The notes under the pieces are model-generated. The model did no database searches and had not been told where the DNA came from. It saw only the letters and a list, made by a program, of their open reading frames with translations. From positions 1-53,519 of the forward strand of contig MGKI01000008.1 of assembly GCA_001795615.1 (NCBI GenBank): 53,519 bases of DNA, written 5' to 3'. Positions 48,312-53,519 of this stretch are shown in pieces (positions within the stretch are counted from its first letter, which is position 1; every line of letters starts with the position of its first letter). The position numbers and the translations under genes are program-made. The stretch is from Candidatus Yanofskybacteria bacterium RIFCSPLOWO2_01_FULL_42_49 (GTDB lineage Bacteria; Patescibacteriota; Minisyncoccia; 2-02-FULL-40-12; GWA2-44-9).

Positions 48312-48375
48312 CTTCTTTTGTTTTGATTTATCTAGAATAATTAGGTTAATTAGGATAATTGGAAGTTTTCACCTT

Positions 48376-50379
48376 ATGTTCATCGTCGAAGTTATTCCTT
48401 TAACGCTTCTCCCTCCCAATGTGCCTCAAATTTTGAGTTACTTTTGTGATTCTCGACTGGCAAAGGGGGCAATAGTCGAAGTAACTCTAAACAAAAGAAA
48501 AGTTAAAGCCGCAGTCATATCTTCAAGTTCTTTAGAAAAAGAAAAGTTAGCGCTAAAAAAAGTCGATTTTCAAATCAAAAAAATAAGTAAGGTATTGTTT
48601 GAAAAACCCCAGATAAGCGATTACCAATTAAAACTTGCCATCTGGATCGCAAAATACTATCACGCTCCGCTTGGTTATACTCTCAAAACCATTCTCCCCC
48701 CTTTCGCCTTCAAAAAGAAATACCCAATAACTCCGCAAACCCCGCTTATCCACAATTTTTCATTAACGACACGGAATGTCGTTAATCCGCAGTTGTGGGT
48801 TTATAAGACAAAGGGACTAATTACTCACCTTGAGTCATTAATAAAAAAAACAGTTGATGATTCAAAACAAGTTCTGATAACGGTCTCGGAAAAAGCGTCG
48901 ATTAAGTATTTTTTTGAGAACCTTTCAAAAAAATTTGACGTTTCAGTCATATCTTCCGACTTACCGAACGAGAAGCTATACGATGCTTGGAGAAAAGCCG
49001 GAACAGGAGAGGCAAAAGTAATTATAGGAACGCGCCAGTCTTTAAATATGCATTTCAAAGATCTCGGTCTGATCATAGTCGATGACCCGTCTCATGAATT
49101 TTATAAATCTGATATGGTTCCGCGCTATAACGCCGTTAAACTGGCAGATAAAGTAGCCGAACTAAACGGGGCTCGGCTTGTGCTCACATCGGTTCTTCCA
49201 AGCGTTGAGGATTACCACAAAATTAAAAATGGCTCTTACGAATTTAAAAATCTGGAAAATCGGCCGAAATTCGAAACAGAGATTGTCGACATGTCTCAGG
49301 AAATAAAAAATTCAAACTGGTCGCCTATCAGTAAAAAACTGGGCGAAAAACTTCTTGAATACCTTAAAAACAACAAAAAGATCCTAGTCTTATCCCCTCG
49401 AAGGGGCTATGCCGGAATCCTGATATGCGGCAACTGCGGTTCGGCCGTGAAATGCCCTCAATGCGAGGTCGCCATGCGCACACACAGATCAGTTGAAATG
49501 ATTTTGGCTTGCCACCATTGCGGAATATCCAAATCAATGCCTGAAAATTGCCCCACATGTGGAAGCCATAGCCTGAAAACCGTCGGTCCTGCCGGCACTC
49601 AGAAAATATATGAAGAAATAAGACGCCGTCTCATCGCCGCTGACATTAAGTCTCCCGTATTAGCTCTTGATACGGATATAGTAAAGAACGAAACGGAAGA
49701 AGAGGAGATAATTTCGGAAATACTTGCCCCGCACCAAGCCCGCCCCTCATCCGTCAATAAGACGGATTGGCGGTCAGCGGAGAAGCTTGGTGCGGGGTCT
49801 AAACCAGGGCCATCAGTTCTTGTCGCTACGCAAATGGTTTTCTCCCACCGTTTCTATCTTAACTTTGACTTGATAGGCATTGCTAACGCGGACGCTCTCA
49901 TAAATATGCCAGATTTCCGATCTGAAGAAAATTTATTTTACCACATAGAAAAACTTGTCGGCTTCGAACCAAAAAAATTACTGATACAGACATACAATCC
50001 TGAAAGTATAATAATCGGAAAAGCAGCCCGCAACGATTATGTGGAATTTTATGATAATGAGCTCAAACTTAGAGAAGCATTAAATTATCCTCCGTTTTAC
50101 CGGCTGGTTAAATTAACCTTCCGGCACAATGACAAAACCAAGGCGTCTTACGCCGCCAGAATAACAACGGAAAAATTAAAAATGGCTGTTGCGAGATCGC
50201 GACTGGGCGAAGAAATAAAAGTCATAGAAGCAACCCCAGCATACATAGAAAAGGAAAGGAATCTGTACGCCTATAACATTTTTCTGAAAGTACGAGAAAA
50301 CTATCAGAACATCAACGAATTACTTAAATACGCCGGCCCAGGGTGGATTATAGACGTCGAACCAAGAACGCTCCTATAA
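48376..50379 (+). CDS. priA: PriA-like primosomal protein N' with degenerate ATPase motifs
   Basis: Start chosen at MFIVEVIPLTLLP. The Zn-binding region CGNCGS..CPQC...CHHCG...CPTCGS is present. Where PriA normally has GSGKT and DEEH, this protein reads YKTKGLIT and DDPSH. Confidence 0.75.
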   Translation: MFIVEVIPLTLLPPNVPQILSYFCDSRLAKGAIVEVTLNKRKVKAAVISSSSLEKEKLALKKVDFQIKKISKVLFEKPQISDYQLKLAIWIAKYYHAPLGYTLKTILPPFAFKKKYPITPQTPLIHNFSLTTRNVVNPQLWVYKTKGLITHLESLIKKTVDDSKQVLITVSEKASIKYFFENLSKKFDVSVISSDLPNEKLYDAWRKAGTGEAKVIIGTRQSLNMHFKDLGLIIVDDPSHEFYKSDMVPRYNAVKLADKVAELNGARLVLTSVLPSVEDYHKIKNGSYEFKNLENRPKFETEIVDMSQEIKNSNWSPISKKLGEKLLEYLKNNKKILVLSPRRGYAGILICGNCGSAVKCPQCEVAMRTHRSVEMILACHHCGISKSMPENCPTCGSHSLKTVGPAGTQKIYEEIRRRLIAADIKSPVLALDTDIVKNETEEEEIISEILAPHQARPSSVNKTDWRSAEKLGAGSKPGPSVLVATQMVFSHRFYLNFDLIGIANADALINMPDFRSEENLFYHIEKLVGFEPKKLLIQTYNPESIIIGKAARNDYVEFYDNELKLREALNYPPFYRLVKLTFRHNDKTKASYAARITTEKLKMAVARSRLGEEIKVIEATPAYIEKERNLYAYNIFLKVRENYQNINELLKYAGPGWIIDVEPRTLL

Positions 50380-50402
50380 TGTAAAGAGTCATGATCGCTG
50401 CT

Positions 50403-51023
50403 TTAATTTTGAGTTTCTATATTAAGCGGGGCCACTTCTATGATCTTTTTATTTTCCGGATTGTAGAGAATCGCTTTTTTATTATTGGGATAGATGAGCA
50501 CCTTATCCCCCGCTTTGGCTTTAGTGAAAAAGGGCTGATTGGATAGTTTTACCGGATCGTTGACGGTAGCTATAACAGGAATTTCGTTATTAGGCAAAAC
50601 AATGATTTTTGATATTTCAGCTAACAATTTGATGGTTTCTTCTTGAGCCACTCTTTCGGGATCTTTGACCACACTCTGAACTCCATACCAGTAAAAAATA
50701 GATAAGCCTATGGCCATTGCCACTAACCAAACCAAAACAGGCCGTTCCGTGACAATTGCTTTGAGCAAGTTGAATTTAGGAACTAGAATATTGTTAAAAG
50801 CTCGGTTTTTAACAATTCGCGACGGCCAAGTCTCTTCTGTTTCTAGTTCAGTTATCACATCGGGGGTATTTTTAGAAACCAAAGTTTCAGACAGTAACTC
50901 CTGGGGCGATTCTAAAACCGGCCTTAAAACCGGCTCTACGACAAATTCAGGCACTTCTTTTTTGACCGTTCTTGTCTTTCTCGGTTTTTTAATTAGCACT
51001 GCTGAAATGTCTTTTTTAAGCAT
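50403..51023 (-). CDS. Hypothetical single-pass membrane protein
   Basis: 206 aa with one TM segment (VLVWLVAMAIGLSIFYWY). No family recognised. Confidence 0.55.
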   Translation of the reverse strand: MLKKDISAVLIKKPRKTRTVKKEVPEFVVEPVLRPVLESPQELLSETLVSKNTPDVITELETEETWPSRIVKNRAFNNILVPKFNLLKAIVTERPVLVWLVAMAIGLSIFYWYGVQSVVKDPERVAQEETIKLLAEISKIIVLPNNEIPVIATVNDPVKLSNQPFFTKAKAGDKVLIYPNNKKAILYNPENKKIIEVAPLNIETQN

Positions 51024-51059
51024 GAGGATTTTGGTGCCCTCCTCTAATTTTTAGTATCA

Positions 51060-51332
51060 TCAGACCTGCTTACTCAATACCCTGACAGCTCTTTCGAGAA
51101 TTTGAACTCGTTTTTGTAGATTAAGAATATCACTTTTCTCAAAGCGTTCCACGATTTCTTTGACTTCATCTATTTGGTATTCCAGTTTACTGAATCGCCT
51201 GTCATGTTCTGATAGTTTAGCTTCAACTCGATCCAGCCTTTTGTCTGTACCCTCAAATCCTCTTGCAACCATTACGGCTAATTTTTCCAGAGTCATTTTC
51301 CCGTTTTTATTTTCTTTTTTGTTTTTCATCAT
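51060..51332 (-). CDS. Small coiled-coil hypothetical protein
   Basis: 90 aa. The start is possibly at the internal MTLEKL (51296). Confidence 0.45.
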   Translation of the reverse strand: MMKNKKENKNGKMTLEKLAVMVARGFEGTDKRLDRVEAKLSEHDRRFSKLEYQIDEVKEIVERFEKSDILNLQKRVQILERAVRVLSKQV

Positions 51333-51477
51333 TCTTTTTAATTTTATTCAGAAAATTTAATACCGGCTTACCGCATTTTAAACAAAAAGTTTGTCTAGAA
51401 AAGTAGGCGTCTGCTCCAGCTAACACCACATCGCCCTTAATTTCTTTTTTACAAACATCGCATTTAGTGACAAACAT
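51307..51477 (-). CDS. Small zinc-ribbon-like protein
   Basis: Start chosen at MFVTKCDVCKKEI...FCLKCGK (two CxxC). The upstream part of the tracked ORF overlaps the neighbouring gene. Confidence 0.45.
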   Translation of the reverse strand: MFVTKCDVCKKEIKGDVVLAGADAYFSRQTFCLKCGKPVLNFLNKIKKNDEKQKRK

Positions 51478-51529
51478 GCTGACAATATAACAAAAGGAGA
51501 TATCCTTGCAAGTGGACAATGATGTCGGT

Positions 51530-53519
51530 CTATTCCGCAAGTATTTCAGCCGATGTTTCCGGGGTACTTTCGGGTGATGCTTCGAGAGTAGGAGTTGGTT
51601 CTGGCGTTGCTTCCGGCGTCGGTTCGGCGGCATCAGAAGATGTCGGCGCGACATCTTCTGATGCCGTTAATTCTGGCTCTGGCTCAGGAGTTGGCAATTC
51701 AGAAGGACTTGGCGTTAGTTCAGGCTCTGGAGAAGGCGTCGGGCTTTCTAAAGGCGCAGGCGTGTTTACCGGCTCGTTTTCCCCAGTAGTAGAAGTTCCG
51801 GTTACGGCTTCGCCGAAGACCTGTCTAAACTTTTCTCTGGTAACACAGATGTCATCAACGCAAAGTTCGTTTGTCTTTACTTTTTGGAAAGTTCCGACAG
51901 TTGCCGTAACGTTTTCCGCCACCACATGCGCCACTCTCAGCAGCCCCTTTTCAAACACGATATTAAACGCATCTTTAAACATAGAAATAACGGCGTTGAA
52001 TATTAAACTGCCATTTACCGTGTTGCCATTAATAACCATCTCATCAGGCACCAGCTGGCCGTTGGCTGCTTCCAAGACCGTGATCTTGTCATTGAGTTCC
52101 TGAATGGCTTTAACAATTAATGGGGTCAGGCGTCCGTAATCAACTGACCATGGATTCATTTTTGGATCATCGCCGCCGACAGTAACCGCATACGGGTATA
52201 TTTCATACAGTTCTTGAGCAATGAGTCCTTGTGTTTTGGCTTTATTTGGGTCGCTGATAAAGTTAAACTCACGGACTGATATCTCTATTAACTCATTTAG
52301 ACCAAGCCCTGAATCAATGATATTTTCCTTGAGACGCCGGTCTGAAGTGGTATTATATGTCACAGCCGCAGCGCCTGAATTTTGCGTGACACTGCCTATG
52401 ATTGAATTAGCCGCGTTTCGAAAGATAATATATGTCCCTGCTTCAACATCAGCGCTTGGAAGTAAGTCAAGATGTGCGCCAAATGTACCTTTAATAGTGA
52501 GGATTGAGCCTGAGTTAAAACTCGTCGTCCCGATGCTGACGTTGCCGCCAAGTGGATTTAAGGCAATAGGATAGGAGTTGCCGCTTGAAGAAGTATGACG
52601 ATGTTGAATTGAGGCGGCAAATGGGGTTGTGGTGTCAATAGTAAATGCCAAATCTGTTAATCCGTTGTCAATGTTCAATAATGCGGCGGTATCCACTGTA
52701 AGTGATGGGTCAGTATCGCCACCCACTATTGATAATTTTGAATATGGCCCCGTCGTCCCGATGCCGACGTTGCCGGTGGAAGCGATTCTGACCATTTCGG
52801 TATCGCCTACAAAAAGACGAATAGAATTTGTATCTGTTGTGCCGGTTGTGCCGGCATGAAGTTCTAATAAACCGCCGGCCCCGCTTCTGTTGGTGCCGCT
52901 CATGCTAATTCTTGCGCCACGAGCTGACGAATCGGCGCCGGCAGCTGATAACACAATATATCCATCATCAGCCCCATTGGTAGTGGCCAGACCGATTACA
53001 TTGTTTTTGGCTATGGACAGTAGTGTTTGCGGGCTTGTTGTCCCAATCCCCATGTATCCCGTTGAGGCAATCGTCACAATCGGACTATTGTCGTTGTTGA
53101 AAATATTGAGTCGTTCAGTGCCGTTGCCCAATCCGATTGAGAAGTTACTTTGGTTAACTGCGCCGGAACCATTGCCTCTAAAGAAAGCCGAGGCGCTGGC
53201 GGTGTTGTTGGCGATGAATATCTGGGAGATGGAAGCGAATTGAGCAGAGATGGAACCGTCAACTTCCAAGTCCCCGGAAACAAGCAAGTCATTGCTTGCC
53301 GAGATGTAATTTGCATGGCCGGTAGTTGATGTCCCGAATCTGTTGTAGCTTTGCGAGCTGAAGCCCCCGACTTGCAATGCTCCGAAGAGGCCGTAGCTAG
53401 CCGAGGCCGTGCCTTGGACTTCAAGGACCGTAACCGGGACTGTTCCAAGGCCGAGTCTGGCGAATTGGGGGGTGGCCGAAGTATGAATATCCTGGGGTGT
53501 TGACAGAGTGACGGTTCCG
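51530..53519 (-). CDS. Tail-fibre-like surface protein with a peptidase-S74 intramolecular chaperone domain; 5' end outside the window
   Basis: Repeated GIGTT motifs are present. TSDRRLKENI...GLIAQELYEIYPYAV...WSVDYGRL is typical of S74 and lies at about 52060-52345. The tail is P/E/T-rich. The frame stays open upstream of the tracked start (53377) to the window edge. Confidence 0.75.
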   Translation of the reverse strand, partial: GTVTLSTPQDIHTSATPQFARLGLGTVPVTVLEVQGTASASYGLFGALQVGGFSSQSYNRFGTSTTGHANYISASNDLLVSGDLEVDGSISAQFASISQIFIANNTASASAFFRGNGSGAVNQSNFSIGLGNGTERLNIFNNDNSPIVTIASTGYMGIGTTSPQTLLSIAKNNVIGLATTNGADDGYIVLSAAGADSSARGARISMSGTNRSGAGGLLELHAGTTGTTDTNSIRLFVGDTEMVRIASTGNVGIGTTGPYSKLSIVGGDTDPSLTVDTAALLNIDNGLTDLAFTIDTTTPFAASIQHRHTSSSGNSYPIALNPLGGNVSIGTTSFNSGSILTIKGTFGAHLDLLPSADVEAGTYIIFRNAANSIIGSVTQNSGAAAVTYNTTSDRRLKENIIDSGLGLNELIEISVREFNFISDPNKAKTQGLIAQELYEIYPYAVTVGGDDPKMNPWSVDYGRLTPLIVKAIQELNDKITVLEAANGQLVPDEMVINGNTVNGSLIFNAVISMFKDAFNIVFEKGLLRVAHVVAENVTATVGTFQKVKTNELCVDDICVTREKFRQVFGEAVTGTSTTGENEPVNTPAPLESPTPSPEPELTPSPSELPTPEPEPELTASEDVAPTSSDAAEPTPEATPEPTPTLEASPESTPETSAEILAE

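Noticed and set aside
53338-53343. Apparent 1-nt discrepancy: I read gaatc|ctgttg, whereas the tracked translations (…YNRFGTS… and …KATTDSG…) need gaatctgttg
   Set aside because: This is most likely my own transcription or counting error at a line break. The ORF track reads through, so I do not call a frameshift. Coordinates above 53340 may be off by one.
1-53519. Alternative genetic code (UGA as sense, as in some CPR lineages)
   Set aside because: Well-conserved genes such as gltX end at TGA at the expected length, and no conserved ORF is interrupted by in-frame TGA. The standard code 11 fits.

Overview
This is an AT-rich bacterial chromosome segment. Hand counts give about 19/60 G+C in ordinary coding lines. 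The gene set looks reduced and Patescibacteria/CPR-like; that lineage call is inference from a 618-aa AlaRS without the C-Ala domain, an RNA polymerase alpha subunit without a CTD, a PriA with degenerate ATPase motifs, and a PolB-exo-like nuclease.

Gene content, left to right:
- pyrH, a tryptophanase-family lyase, leucine dehydrogenase and PBP1A
- tRNA-Arg(UCU), tRNA-Pro(UGG) and tRNA-His(GUG), interleaved with small ORFs
- a secreted Cys-rich repeat protein, adenosine deaminase, alaS and dus
- the infA-rpmJ-rpmJ-rpsM-rpsK-rpsD-rpoA-rplQ and rplM-rpsI block, then mreB
- an 8-kb surface-glycan locus (GT4, GT2, GT4, O-antigen-ligase-like, GT2, LCP, GT2)
- ctpA, rplI, corA, rpmA and typA
- a PD-(D/E)XK nuclease next to a PolB-exo-like exonuclease
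- ndh, an M23 peptidase, gltX, priA, and a 5'-truncated tail-fibre-like protein with a peptidase-S74 chaperone domain

The most unusual signals are not genes:
1. Small GC-rich palindromes and AT-rich 'word' repeats occur in nearly every intergenic spacer. They also sit in frame inside conserved genes (alaS, typA, rplI, dus, ndh, priA and the glycosyltransferases). This resembles Rickettsia palindromic elements.
2. A ~150-nt structured module is present twice (36158-36306 plus sense, 46599-46762 minus sense). Its substitutions compensate each other across stems.
3. The first copy lies in a 640-nt ORF-free, GC-enriched region.
4. Two GC-rich islands (sixA at 25.2-25.7 kb, an orphan gene at 37.8-38.45 kb) are each driven by a perfect TTGACA/TATAAT promoter.
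5. rpmJ is tandemly duplicated, and the first copy starts with ATT.
6. Heptanucleotide tandem repeats lie inside and upstream of glycan genes.
7. gltX has a promoter, 10-codon uORF and terminator leader.

Everything was read by eye. Hairpin coordinates may be off by 1-2 nt.
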